A stretch of DNA of 63,271 nucleotides, filler included, from 4 parts of 4 records of this genome joined end to end with filler, not necessarily neighbours in it, one strand, 5' to 3'. Positions 48,986 to 60,692 are shown, numbered from the whole stretch's first letter. Notes: generated from the letters alone by a model not told the origin. Numbers and translations are program-made.

Positions 48986-51351
48986 ACGACAAAGTGCGCA
49001 GCGGCGCGACGGCCGTTCGCGTCTTTCGCAAAAACCTTGTGTTCGCCGGGCTCTAAAACCAGCCAGTCTGTTCCGTTACGCTGTTCGATTTTCAACGACT
49101 CGCTCTCCCACTTGATGCCGGATAATTCGCTCCCTGTCCGGAGAGGAAAGAAACGTCCGCCATCCGGCAAGTCGGGATCGAGAAATGCAACGGTTCCGGT
49201 CATCGGGCTCACGATTTTCAAGGGAGCGGTTTTCTCAACCAGCGGAGATTCGGTGTGCGCTGTTGCCACTGATTCTAGCTGACGACCTTCTGACGCAAGC
49301 CACATTGCGAATTCATTGGGCAACTGCGTCAGGCCCGCAGAATCGTATTCGTCCGCACGTGCGCGCGGTGGCAGAAAATCGGGACGGAAAAATTCAGTGC
49401 GCGTTTTTTTGGGACGAAAAGCCAGTGACTCGTTGACGCGTTTTCCATTTAGCTCATCGACTTCCGCTTCGAGAATTCGCTCTGGTTTCTCATACCAGCG
49501 GGGTTCGGTTTTTTCATGAAGGTGCAGCATGATGTCATGAAAAATGGGCCCGGCTCCCGAAACACCTGAAACGTTTTGAAGAGGCTCGTTATCGAATCGA
49601 CCGACCCAAACACCGACGGTGAAATCAGGCGTAAAACCAAGCGTCCAGTTGTCGCGAAAGTCCGTGCTCGTTCCAGTTTTTGCAGCGACGCGAAAGGGAA
49701 GTCGGAGCGACGAATCAAATCCAAATGCATCGGCGCGAGCCGAATTGTCACTCAGAATATCCGCAATGATCCAGGCAGTTTCACGATCGAATAGAGTTGG
49801 TTCATCGAACAGGCCCTGTTGGTTCGTAGAAACGAAATTCACCTCGCGGTACTTCCCGAGTCGGGCAAGCGTTGCGTAGGCATTGGTCAGCTCTAACAAA
49901 CGCACTTCAGCATTACCGATCGTGAGGCCGAGGCCGTAGTGATCCGGGTTGTCGTTGAGACCCGTCAGACCAAGTTTTTTACTAAGCAGATGATGCAGGG
50001 CTTGCGCACCGCCGATTTCATCGAGCATCCGAACCGCAGGAATGTTGAGCGAATTCGCCAGGGCATGTCTCATTGAGACGGGGCCGCAGTGGCGGCGATC
50101 AAAATTCACCGGACTGTAAATTCCAGTGCTGGTCGGATATTCAACCGGCAGATCGGTGATTACGCTCGCGGCAGTGTGGCCGCTTTCGAGGGCGAGCAGA
50201 TAGGTGAAGGGTTTTAGCGTCGAACCGGCCGAACGCGGGATCCACGCACCGTTGATTTGACCGCCTTTGGAATGGAAAAAATTCCGCGAACCGGTTAGTG
50301 CAAGAGCGTCGCCGGTTTCATTTTTAATCACAACGACGGCACCCTGAAAGGCATCGGACGAACCGTCTTCGTCATCTCCAAGGCGGGCCAGTTGTCCATC
50401 AACGGTGGTTTCGATAAATTTCTGAAGCCCTAAATCAAGTGTGGTTTTGATGGCATGTTTTTCGAAATCAACCTGCGCCGTTTGAGGTGTCTTTCGTTCC
50501 AAAATAAGATCAAGAAAATGCGGGGCGTGAAAAGCGTGACTGCCGCGTGGCTGGATGACGAGTTTTTCATCAATTGCGGCTTCGAATTCGTCTTCGGTAA
50601 TCCACCCTTCAATTCGAAGACGATTCAAAATCCAAATCTGCCGAGCTCTCGCCCCGCGGAAATTCTTGTACGGGTTTAATCGAGTGGGTTTGTTAGGAAG
50701 TCCCGCCAGAAAGGCGGACTCAGCGATCGAAAAGTCAGCTAACGGCTTTCCGAAATAACCCCGTGCCGCTGCCCGACAGCCGTGGAGCTGATTTCCATAG
50801 GGAATGCGATTGAGGTATTCCGTGAGGATTTCATCCTTGTTCATCGACATCTCGATCCGGCGTGCCGTGAAGGCCTCGATGACTTTCGTCTTCAATTCCC
50901 GGGGGCGGTGAGGTGAAGTTATCTTCGCGAGTTGCTGGGTAACGGTCGATGCGCCCGAGACAAATTCCCGAAGTTTCAACGCATCGCGGATCGCCCGCAG
51001 GGTTCCGATGTAGTCGATTCCGTGATGGGAAAAGTAACGGGAGTCTTCCGCCGCGAGGGTGGCTTTGATGAGATTTTTCGGAAGTTCTTCAAACGTTGCC
51101 GGGCGATCAACGCGGGATTCGTCCGCGAGCAATCGACGAAGTGGTTTCCCGTCGCGGTCGGTGAATTCCAAGCCGGATTCCTGCGGATTTTGCAATCCCT
51201 CCGGCATGGGAAAGAACCACGGAACCACGTAGAGCCCGATGATTCCGAGAAGCAGAGCAGATACTCCTGAAAAGAGGATGAAATTCCGAAACCTGGGTTT
51301 TTGCGGCTTCGGCGGGGTGTTCTCGGGAGTTGGCGTGTTTTTTTTTGCCAT
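48973..51351 (-). CDS. pbpC: Penicillin-binding protein 1C
   Basis: EDSRY..H.G, GASTVTQQ, GSTLKPF, SLN, KTGTS; follows alpha-2-macroglobulin. Confidence 0.93.
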   Translation of the reverse strand: MAKKNTPTPENTPPKPQKPRFRNFILFSGVSALLLGIIGLYVVPWFFPMPEGLQNPQESGLEFTDRDGKPLRRLLADESRVDRPATFEELPKNLIKATLAAEDSRYFSHHGIDYIGTLRAIRDALKLREFVSGASTVTQQLAKITSPHRPRELKTKVIEAFTARRIEMSMNKDEILTEYLNRIPYGNQLHGCRAAARGYFGKPLADFSIAESAFLAGLPNKPTRLNPYKNFRGARARQIWILNRLRIEGWITEDEFEAAIDEKLVIQPRGSHAFHAPHFLDLILERKTPQTAQVDFEKHAIKTTLDLGLQKFIETTVDGQLARLGDDEDGSSDAFQGAVVVIKNETGDALALTGSRNFFHSKGGQINGAWIPRSAGSTLKPFTYLLALESGHTAASVITDLPVEYPTSTGIYSPVNFDRRHCGPVSMRHALANSLNIPAVRMLDEIGGAQALHHLLSKKLGLTGLNDNPDHYGLGLTIGNAEVRLLELTNAYATLARLGKYREVNFVSTNQQGLFDEPTLFDRETAWIIADILSDNSARADAFGFDSSLRLPFRVAAKTGTSTDFRDNWTLGFTPDFTVGVWVGRFDNEPLQNVSGVSGAGPIFHDIMLHLHEKTEPRWYEKPERILEAEVDELNGKRVNESLAFRPKKTRTEFFRPDFLPPRARADEYDSAGLTQLPNEFAMWLASEGRQLESVATAHTESPLVEKTAPLKIVSPMTGTVAFLDPDLPDGGRFFPLRTGSELSGIKWESESLKIEQRNGTDWLVLEPGEHKVFAKDANGRRAAAHFVVQEL

Positions 51352-51362
51352 CTGAAAAAGGG

Positions 51363-54300
51363 TTATTGGGCCGCCAATTTGTCGGGGTCGAGATTGAGTG
51401 GCTTCGCGCTGATTCGTTTCGTTGCGGACAATCCATAACGCGAAGGTTCATACATTGCCTCAATTTTTGCAGGCGGAGCAGTGACTTCCCCTGAAGCAAC
51501 AACCCGCGCCAGATACTGCAGCGAATAATCGCCTTCGGAGTAAACATAGTCGGCGAAAAACAGGGCGCGGTCGGTCCGAAGCTCTTTGTGATGCGTGTGG
51601 AGTCGACGCCATTCGCCGTTTCCGTAAGGTGCCTTCTGAGCTGAGGCGGTTTTGAAGTCCGGATTTACCGCTTCAAAAATCGAAGGCAGTGGATCATCAA
51701 TCGCCAGGTAGTTTTCAGTTTTCTCCGGCAAATTCATGTTCAACGTGACGAGAACGAGATCGCCGACCATGAGATCGGTTGCTTCGCTGAGGGAGCCGTC
51801 AGTTTGTATTTCCTGATAGGTCCGGTTGATCGTAAACCCGTGGTTTTCCGCATTGAACGCCATGATTTTTGGCTGCGACGTGATGTCGACATGCGCAAAG
51901 AGTTTCGCTTTGTCTTTCATCGTTATCGTCAAAGCGGTGTCGCGCTGATCGCCATCGAAATCGAAGACAAACTCCTTACTGGCAGGGTCTTTTGAAAAGG
52001 TGACTTCCCGCTTTTGATCGCCAAAGGTGATGATGCACTTTGCATTAGCGAGAGCAGTGCCGTTGGCTTCGGTATGAGTCGCAAGCGCCAGAAGCGGCCA
52101 GGCATTGGCGTAGGTGCTTCCCCATCCGCGAGGCCCTTCTCGGCGGAGTGCCAGAAGCTTCTGAATCGTCGTTTCCGTGTTGGCATTTTCGACATCGAAT
52201 TTGGACCACGCCATCAACTGAGTCGCAACCCCATAAGATTTCCGATACCAACGGACGCCACTATCGGGAGCATCCGGTATTTCGGTGAGCAGAGTCGGAA
52301 CTCGATTGGCGAGAACTTTGGATTCGGCTTTTTCCGGATCTCCACTGGCGCTTTCCTGCATCGCCAACGCAAGCAGCGAGCGGGCTTCGACGGGAAGTTT
52401 CTCCTGTTTCTCGAAAAGTAGATTCAGGTAACTGTCCTCCGAAGCGCCAGCAATTGCGAGAGTGTAAGATGCTAAACAACGTTGAGACAGATCGTAAGCG
52501 TTGTCGATTTTTGCGGTGTTGCGCAACTCACTGGAAAGATATTTCCACAGTTTGTTGAGTCGATCTTCGGGGAGTTTCGCCCCGCTTTTTTGGGCCAGAG
52601 CGAGGACCATTCCGCCGTAAGCGCTGCCCCACAGAATCGGTTTGTTCGCTCCAGGCCAGTAGCCGAGACCACCGTTGCTGGTTTGCATGGTGAGAAGGCG
52701 GTCTGCTCCGGCTTGAATCGCTTCTTCAATTTCTGCATCGGTTTTTTTCAGCGCCGGGATTGCACCCCGCATGTTTTTCGTGCTGAGCCATGGCAGGGTG
52801 CTGGAGCTGGTTTGCTCGACGCAGCCATACGGATATTTCAGGAGGTAGTCGAGCGCGTCGGTTGCTTCGAGAAATCTCGAATTCGAAATGCTGACGGTAA
52901 TTTTACCATCGCCATTGAGCAGCCGTGGATTGATATCGGCGAGCGCATTGGTTTTCGGGAATTTCTCGCTCAGTGAGAGATGGGTCGTTTCGCGAAGGAT
53001 TGGAATCGGGTAACCGATCTTCAATTTCGACTCCGTCACGTCGGTAAGCTGATCATCATCAGCAGCCGTGGCTTTCCACATCCATTTTGCTTCACCTGTT
53101 TTTGTGAAAACGGTTGGGAAACTGAGCCGTTCAGATTTTCCGGCTCCGATGGTGAACGTGCGTTTGATCTGCCGTGAATCCAAATCACGCCCTGCAAGCT
53201 TGGTCGGCATCAATCCCGGGGCGTCGGCCAAAAACATGGCGTGCTCATCAAGGGTGACTTCGAGATTTAAATCGAGATCGCGCGTGGTGTTATTGTGCAA
53301 AACGGCCGTGAGATCGATTTGATCGCTCACGTTTGAAAACGCCGGAAGCGCCGGTTCAATGATGAGTGGCTTATTGATCGTGGCGTCCGATTCAGCCGAT
53401 CCAAGCTGATTTCCTTTTGCTGCAACCGCCATGATTCGAAAGGTCGTGAGGTTATCAGGGGCGACGAAATTGGCTTTTACTTTTCCGTCTTTGCCTGTCG
53501 TCAACGCGCCTTCCCAAAATGCGAGCGCTTTGAAATCCTTGCGGACTTGTTTCGGATTAGCCCCGGCGACTTCCCCGCCGCCACCGATGACGTAGCCTTT
53601 GTTATGAAAGCCGAGTTCGTTTTCATTTTCGGAGAGGAGCTCGGATAAACTTTGGCCGGTCCGAACGGTGAGTGGGAATGGTTGATTGAACGTCGACGCT
53701 GGGTTTGGCGTTTCGTATCCAGTCAAACTGAGAACTCCTTCATCAACGGCATACAGTGTGACTTCAGTATTTGGAACTACTTGGCCGTCATTGTTCGTTA
53801 TCAGCGCAGCGACTTCAATGGGCTCGCCAGGCAGGTAGTATTGTTCTTTTCCGTCTTTTTTGTGCTGAATCGCGATGTCCAAAATCGTTGTCGGATCATC
53901 GACAGCCAGCTGGCAGTAGCCGACGCGATACGATGCTTCGGGATGTTTGTGAGGGCTGTCTTCAGATCCGCGAACGAGAAAAACTGACGCAAAAATATTC
54001 GGGGCATCACCGTCTTTAACTGGAAGCTCAATAACGGTTTCGGGGCTGGTAATCTCCTGAGTAAATGTCCGACGAACCCCGGCGCGTTCCGTGGTAATCA
54101 GCGCGTGTCCTTTTACCGGTGACCGCAAAAGCAGGCGGGCGGTCTCACCCACTTTGTAGCTCGACTTGTCAGGGAGAAGGTCAACTCGCTGCATTTGACG
54201 CCACGCCCAATTGGGCTCGTTGGCTCCAATGATGCGGATCTCGTCCGACGTGACCACATCGCGCCCCTCGGCGTCTTTGGCAGAAACCGTCACGATGAAA

Positions 54301-56844
54301 TCACCGGGCTCATCAAGGGTGACTTCGCGAATAGTTGAAGTCGCAATATCCGAATCATCAATCGCAGGTTTGGTTTCGACGGTGAAAATTTCTTCCTGAG
54401 TGGCGATCAGTTGTTCTTCATTTTTCACAGAAATTCTGCCGCCGGCGCCTTTTACTTTTACCGTATTCCAAGTTCGTTTTTCGATTTTCAAGGTTGCTTC
54501 GACAAGGTCCGTGTGCAGTCCGCCTTCTGCTTTAACTGCAACAAATGACATCGGAATTTTTTGGCCGACCCGAAACATTTGTTTGGGCTTCTGAACTCCA
54601 AGATAGAAATCGGAGCTGTGGGCGATGAACTGTTTCGCATCAGAAATGGTCTGCTGATTGATGTCCGTGATCTCGGTGCTGAGGCTGACTTTCACGGGCA
54701 TCGGTGACGTCTGCTCTTTCGGCAGTTCAATTCGGATCTGGGCATCTCCTTTTTCAGATAAATGAATCTCTTCGCTTTGATTGAACGAAGGCGGGTAATT
54801 CCTGCGGTTAAAGAATTCAAAATTCTCGAAACCTTTCGGGGTTTTCCACAGGCGGCTGGCGCTGACGTGCCAGGAAAGCTTCGCTTTTGAAAGCGGTTTA
54901 CCCATGTAATAGCGGGCTTCCACCGGAACGCTGATGGCTTCGCCAAGGGCGTAGGTTTTCTCCGTTTTTAAATCGACTTCAAACGTGTTGGGTCGGTAGT
55001 CAGCTACGCGAACCGACTGGCCGAAAATATTTCGCCAGTTTCTTTTCTTCGTTTGATTGAAGTCGAGTTGAATCGAGCTGTAACCCAATCCTGTTTTTGG
55101 AAGCGTGAAGCTGCCGTCATAGGTTCCGTTTACAGAAAGTGAAATGGTTTCATCGAGAATGACGCGACTGCGAACATCGAGAATTTTGAGCTTCGCTTGG
55201 ATCGGATCTGGTGGCAGGACTACATCTCCGTCGATGCCGCGTGAGATGACTTTGAAATAAACCGTTTCCCCGGGTTTATAGACCGGACGATCTGCGAAAA
55301 TCAACGTGCGTCGTTCGGGCTGCCCTCCGTAGTGATGGTAAGGAATCGAGAAGCCGTAAAGGCCCATGGTAGACATCCTTTTGCGAAATTTCATGACGTG
55401 GCGATCCGAACCCCGTCGTGCATCGAGCCATTTCACTTGGGCTTCATCGAGGGTGCCGGTCTCGATCCGCACGATTCCTGCAGCATCCGTTTTTCCACTT
55501 TGCTGAGACTTCGCATCGTTGGTAACCAGATCAATTTCGACTCCATCGATGGGGCTGCCGGTTTTTAGTGAGAATGCGTAAAACAGCGTTTCGTCACCGT
55601 CCTGCTTCCATGCCAAGCCGATGTCGGTCAGTTGAACTAGCGATTGTCCACCGACGGTAAAGCCGCTTCGTGTCGCGGAATTTCCCTCAGCGCACAGATA
55701 GAATGCACCGTGTTCAGCCTCGTTGGTGACTTGATCCCAATTGAATTTAATTTTCTCACTCGAATCTAGCTCGGCTTTTCGTTTATAAGACTCTTCGTGA
55801 ATTGTTTGGCCGGGAACCATTTCATACGGGATGGCGCGCTTTCGTTCGCCGTCGCTGCGATAGGCAGCGTCGTAGCCGCGCAGCGCATAAATCAATTCCT
55901 TCGCGTCCAACTGTTTTACCCGCAGACGAATGCCATTCAGGTTTCCGGTCATGATTTGAAACTCGCGATTGCCGGCTGCGTTTTGGGTGCTTCGCTCCGT
56001 CGGCAGGCTGATAAAACCGGGATTTGGCACGAAGACGATCTTCTGCTCCATCGCTTCCTCAAGGATGGTGCGATCGTATGCAATGAGCCCCGATTTTACT
56101 TTCACGGTGTATTCCGTTTTGTAATCGAAGTCACCGTTCAGCTGAATCTGGTAAGAGTTTAAATCGATCGAGAAATTTTTTGGCTGCGGTGAAACCGAGA
56201 CGTAATCACCGACCAGTTCAGGCGTGAATGATTTTAAGAGACTGCGTTTGGCGGTTCGAATCGCAATGAATCGAGCTTCGTCGTACGGCGTTTTCGTTGC
56301 GATTTCCCGAATCGTGAATGGCGTGAGCGAGCCGAGATATTCAGAACGAGTTTTGTTAACGGCATTCTTCCGATCGCTGGAATCCAGTCCCTTGCGAACT
56401 TCCAATCGCCATTCGGCTCCAACGGGAAGCGGGGTAACAGGAGCGACGGTGAGAAACCGTTCGATCGGCAGGACTGGTTTTTCATTGGCGAACTGCTGAA
56501 GCTTTTTCGATTCTTCAATCGTGGATCGTTTCACTTCAGCCGGAATGCGGCGGTCGGATTTCTTGTCGTAAAACGTAATAAAAGGCGCCGCCGTGTCGAC
56601 ATCGATAGGTGCATTGAATCGCAGTAAAAGCACAACTTGTGGCGTCAGCGGCTCGTAAGATCCAAACCAGCTGGGCGAACGCTGAAATGTAAGCGCGGGA
56701 AGCGGCGTCACTTTTTTCGGTGCTACTTTGGTTTCGGTTTGACCAAAAACTGACGACGTCAATAAAGCGAGAATTACGAACAAAAAGGGCGATAAGCTGG
56801 CCCGCCAGCGGTCTGAGGACAGCCGAGAATCGGCTCCGCAAGAC
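51363..56844 (-). CDS. Bacterial alpha-2-macroglobulin (frame open to the contig end; true start not established)
   Basis: DRPVYKPGE, AVDEGVL, PDNLT.FR, thioester YPYGCVEQ, EAMYEP. Confidence 0.94.
56789..56844 (+). repeat. Hairpin repeat, right contig-end copy
   Basis: GCGATAA-GCTGGC-CC-GCCAGC-GGTCTGAGGAC-AGCCGA-GAA-TCGGCT-CCGCAAGAC, with two internal hairpins. Confidence 0.85.
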
Positions 56845-56944
56845 NNNNNNNNNNNNNNNNNNNNNNNNNNNNNNNNNNNNNNNNNNNNTTAATTAATTAA
56901 NNNNNNNNNNNNNNNNNNNNNNNNNNNNNNNNNNNNNNNNNNNN
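56845..56944. other. Artificial contig spacer
   Basis: N44-TTAATTAATTAA-N44. Confidence 0.98.
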
Positions 56945-56990
56945 CACTAGCACCTGAAGCTAGCGCGTCTACCAATTCCGCCACCTGGGC
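56945..56990 (-). tRNA. tRNA-Leu(CAG), 5' half (cut by the contig end)
   Basis: GCCCAGGTGGCGGAATTGGTAGACGCG-CTAGC-TTCAGGT-GCTAG-TG. Confidence 0.93.
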
Positions 56991-57130
56991 AAACACCACC
57001 GTTGTGCATGTAGCTATAGCAATTTGTGGAGTCAACGCGTTTCTCCGGGGTTTCCTCACATATTTGCATCTTGCTCAGAGGCGATAGCCAGAGTATTCAC
57101 CCTCGCAAAGAACAATCTTTGGAGAAGCCT

Positions 57131-58114
57131 ATGTCGCAATTGGTAACCATCTTTGGGGGCTCGGGGTTTGTCGGGCGCTATATTGCACGTCGTATGGCAA
57201 AACAAAGATGGCGCGTCAGGGTTGCTGTGCGGCGCCCGAATGAGGCGCTCTTCGTCAAATCATACGGAGCGGTCGGGCAAGTCGAACCTGTTTTTTGCAA
57301 TATCCGCGACGATGGCAGCGTGACAGCCGCTTTGGAAAACGCCGATGCCGCAGTGAACTGTGTCGGAACGTTTGACCGCTTGGGAAGAAATAATTTTAAA
57401 GCAGTTCAGGAAGACGGCGCCGCGCGTATTGCCAGACTTTCGGCGGCAAACGGTGTGCAAAGCTTGGTGCATATCTCATCCCTGGCCAGTGCAAGCCTTT
57501 CAGAAAGTGAGTACGCGCTAAGCAAGCGCGCTGGTGAAGAGGCCGTATTGAGACATATGCCAGAGGCCTATATTTTTAGGCCCTCTGTTGTTTTTGGACC
57601 TGAAGATCAGTTTTTCAATCGCTTTGCCTCAATGGCCCAAACAGGGCCTATTTTGCCCTTTGCCGGAGCGGCAACGCGCTTCCAACCGGTTTATGTGGAT
57701 GATATTGCCCAAGCCGTTGAAATCGCGCTGACGCGGGAAACACCTGCCGGGACTTATGAGCTAGGCGGGCCAGAGATCATTGATTTTGCGGGTTTGATGA
57801 CGCGAATGTTAGCGGTGATTGAGCGTCGCCGCCTTTTGGTGAATATTCCATTTTTCATGGCGCGGCCGATGGCGGCCGGGTTCGATTTTTTAGAAACGGT
57901 CACGCTTAGGCTTTTCAAAAACGGGATCTTAACGCGGGATCAACTGAAAGATTTAACGGTTGATAATATTGTCTCTGAAACCGCTAAAGGGTTTTCGGAT
58001 ATAGACATTGAACCCACATCCCTTGAGGCGATTTTACCGGAATATCTGTGGTGTTATCGCCCCTCTGGCCAATATGCGGCCATTAAGTCTTCCGCAAAAA
58101 ATTTAAACCAATAA
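57131..58114 (+). CDS. Complex I NDUFA9-family NAD(P)-binding protein
   Basis: GGAG RBS; VTIFGGSGFVGRY, RPSVVFGPED.FFNRF, FQPVYVDD. Confidence 0.9.
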   Translation: MSQLVTIFGGSGFVGRYIARRMAKQRWRVRVAVRRPNEALFVKSYGAVGQVEPVFCNIRDDGSVTAALENADAAVNCVGTFDRLGRNNFKAVQEDGAARIARLSAANGVQSLVHISSLASASLSESEYALSKRAGEEAVLRHMPEAYIFRPSVVFGPEDQFFNRFASMAQTGPILPFAGAATRFQPVYVDDIAQAVEIALTRETPAGTYELGGPEIIDFAGLMTRMLAVIERRRLLVNIPFFMARPMAAGFDFLETVTLRLFKNGILTRDQLKDLTVDNIVSETAKGFSDIDIEPTSLEAILPEYLWCYRPSGQYAAIKSSAKNLNQ

Positions 58115-58161
58115 TTATAATTCCCCAATTCGCGCGGGCCGGCCAGAGCCTGCGTTGCCGC

Positions 58162-58190
58162 AAGGCTGAAAGGCTGAAAGGCTGAAAGGC
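58162..58190 (+). repeat. Tandem 8-mer (AAGGCTGA) x3.6
   Basis: AAGGCTGA AAGGCTGA AAGGCTGA AAGGC in the intergenic region upstream of asd. Confidence 0.9.
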
Positions 58191-58314
58191 CTTCTTGACG
58201 GGGGCCATATTCAATTTGAAGCGGCCGCTTTCGCCTTTCCTAACCACACTTGTTGCGTTAGAAACCGCCTAACTAAGATCGCAAGCCGTTTAGACGGGGT
58301 AAGGAGCTTAAATT

Positions 58315-59337
58315 ATGGGTTATAAAGTTGCTGTTGTTGGCGCCACGGGCAATGTTGGCCGAGAAATTCTGAATATCTTGGCAGAACGGCATTTTCCAAT
58401 TGATAAAATCGTTGCGCTTGCCAGCAGACGCTCCTTGGGTACCGAATTGAGTTTTGGCGATGAGATTTTATCAACCAAAGATTTAGAACAATTTGACTTT
58501 TCTGGCTGGGATATCGCACTTTTTGCCGTGGGCTCTGACGCCACGAAACTGCATGCGCCGCGCGCGGCCAAGGCCGGCTGCGTTGTGATCGATAACAGCT
58601 CGTTATATCGGTATGATCCCGACGTCCCGTTGATCGTACCGGAGGTAAACGCGGATGCAATCTTTGGATATTCTAAGAAAAATATAATCGCCAACCCCAA
58701 TTGCTCAACCGCGCAAATGGTGGTTGCGCTCAAACCGCTTCATGATCGTGCCACCATCAAGCGCGTAGTGGTTAGCACCTACCAATCAGTGTCGGGCAGC
58801 GGCAAAGACGCGATTGACGAGCTGTGGAACCAAACCAAAGGTATGTATGTGCCGGGCCAGGAAGTGGCCCCAAAAGTCTATCCAAAACAAATCGCCTTTA
58901 ACGTCATTCCTCATATTGATGTGTTTATGGAAGATGGCACCACCAAAGAAGAATGGAAAATGGTTGCCGAAACGAAGAAGATTATTGATCCGAAAATAAA
59001 AGTCACCGCAACATGTGTGCGGGTTCCGGTGTTTGTGGGGCATTCCGAAGCGATTAATATCGAATTTGAAGAGTTCTTGGACGAGGATGAGGCCCGTGAC
59101 ATCCTGCGCGAAGCGCCTGGCTTGATGGTGATCGATAAGCGCGAGGATGGAGGTTATGTCTCACCCGTAGAATGCGTTGGTGATTTCGCAACATTTGTCA
59201 GCCGCATCCGGCAGGATAGCACCTTAGAGAATGGGTTGAACCTATGGTGCGTGTCGGACAATCTGCGCAAAGGCGCGGCCCTGAATGCCGTTCAAATCGC
59301 AGAAGTGTTAGGCCAGCGCGTGCTCCAAAAAGCCTGA
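58315..59337 (+). CDS. asd: Aspartate-semialdehyde dehydrogenase
   Basis: GATGNVG, ANPNCST, TYQSVSG, CVRVPV..GH, DNLRKGAA. Confidence 0.97.
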   Translation: MGYKVAVVGATGNVGREILNILAERHFPIDKIVALASRRSLGTELSFGDEILSTKDLEQFDFSGWDIALFAVGSDATKLHAPRAAKAGCVVIDNSSLYRYDPDVPLIVPEVNADAIFGYSKKNIIANPNCSTAQMVVALKPLHDRATIKRVVVSTYQSVSGSGKDAIDELWNQTKGMYVPGQEVAPKVYPKQIAFNVIPHIDVFMEDGTTKEEWKMVAETKKIIDPKIKVTATCVRVPVFVGHSEAINIEFEEFLDEDEARDILREAPGLMVIDKREDGGYVSPVECVGDFATFVSRIRQDSTLENGLNLWCVSDNLRKGAALNAVQIAEVLGQRVLQKA

Positions 59338-59824
59338 TCCCAAAATATCCGCGCTTTTAGATAGTTTTAAATTATCGCAAAATACGCGTTTTGTAAAAAT
59401 CGTCGTCCTTAAGTATTATCACTTTGATAGAGAGATCCATCAGCATATAGAGATCACATTAAGGAGTTAAAACGTATCCGAATGTTCATCTTTGATGGCA
59501 TCTGCAGTTTGCTATATGATAGAGAATGAGAATTTTGGGGCTCGAAGTGCATGTCGGCTGATAAAGAGAACACAGAGCAGATCAATAATTTAATTGCGCA
59601 GTCACTGCGCGCAATCGCCATGCCTAAAATTACGAGTGATGACGTTAAACGTCGATTTTCGCAGGATATTTAAAACGCAAATATTGCGATCTTGCGGCTG
59701 AAACAAACGCAAAACGATAACGCAGCGTGAGCCGTTTGCCTCTTAGGCATGCAGAAAAGATCAAAGTCCTTCTTCGCGGTCGCGCGCGGAAGTGCGTTTT
59801 TTGCTCAATTTTATTCTAAAAAGC

Positions 59825-60475
59825 TTAGACAGGCTTAAACCTTTGTGATGCAGGATCAAAGGCTTCTAAACTGCCCTCGCCAATATCAGTCCATAAGCCG
59901 TGTAAGGACAACGAACCATCCTGAACCGCCTTTTTTACAAAAGGAAAAGTCATCAAATTGGTCAAAGATGTCAGTACCGCCTGCTTTTCCAAATCTTGAG
60001 CTATTTCTTCCTCGGAGGAATAATCTTTGATCGCCTCATATCCCGGCCGCAAAATATCCATCCAACGCCCAACAAAACTGGTTTTCTCTTCAAGCTGCGG
60101 TGCATGGCCCCGGCACATATCCAAGCATCCTTTTACACCGCCGCAATTTGAATGCCCCAGAATGATCAATTGCGAGACATTGAGCGCGGTGACCGCGTAT
60201 TCGACGGCAGCGCTGGTTCCGTGTTGCGACCCATCCGGGCTATAAGGCGGCACTAGATTTGCAATATTTCGATGAATAAAAAACTCACCTTGCTCTGCGC
60301 CAAAGATCGATGTGGCATGCACCCGCGAGTCACAACAGGAAATTATCATGGCTCTTGGGCGCTGGCCCTCAGTGGCCAATCGCTTATACCAAGCCTGGTT
60401 TTGGGAAAAGCCCGTCGCGAACCACCCGTGATAGCGTTGAATGAGATAGGCGGGAAGCGGTTTGACAAAATCCAT
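59825..60475 (-). CDS. Beta-class carbonic anhydrase (likely start 60475)
   Basis: CCDSR, GEFFIHRNIAN, GHSNCGG. Confidence 0.95.
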   Translation of the reverse strand: MDFVKPLPAYLIQRYHGWFATGFSQNQAWYKRLATEGQRPRAMIISCCDSRVHATSIFGAEQGEFFIHRNIANLVPPYSPDGSQHGTSAAVEYAVTALNVSQLIILGHSNCGGVKGCLDMCRGHAPQLEEKTSFVGRWMDILRPGYEAIKDYSSEEEIAQDLEKQAVLTSLTNLMTFPFVKKAVQDGSLSLHGLWTDIGEGSLEAFDPASQRFKPV

Positions 60476-60692
60476 AAGCGGCGGCCTTTCTTTACAAAGA
60501 TAAACGCATCTACGCAGCAGCGATAACAGAGGCGAAGACAATCTGCCATATCTGTTCTTTTACCACGGTCATTGTTAATATCAGACGGTGTTAAAATATT
60601 TCAACCCCTGCCCGCTTCATCTTATTTGAATTGTGACCGCGGCGGGAAAGACTAAGCGCGCGTTCTGCGCCAAACCGAAGGATACGCGCCCT

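Noticed and set aside
48973-56783. Alpha-2-macroglobulin plus PBP1C as a novel defence system
   Set aside because: A well-known conserved pair (yfhM-pbpC type).
36454-56844. The whole contig as a composite transposon bounded by inverted repeats
   Set aside because: No transposase; the cargo is housekeeping genes; the repeats run off the contig ends and overlap reading frames.
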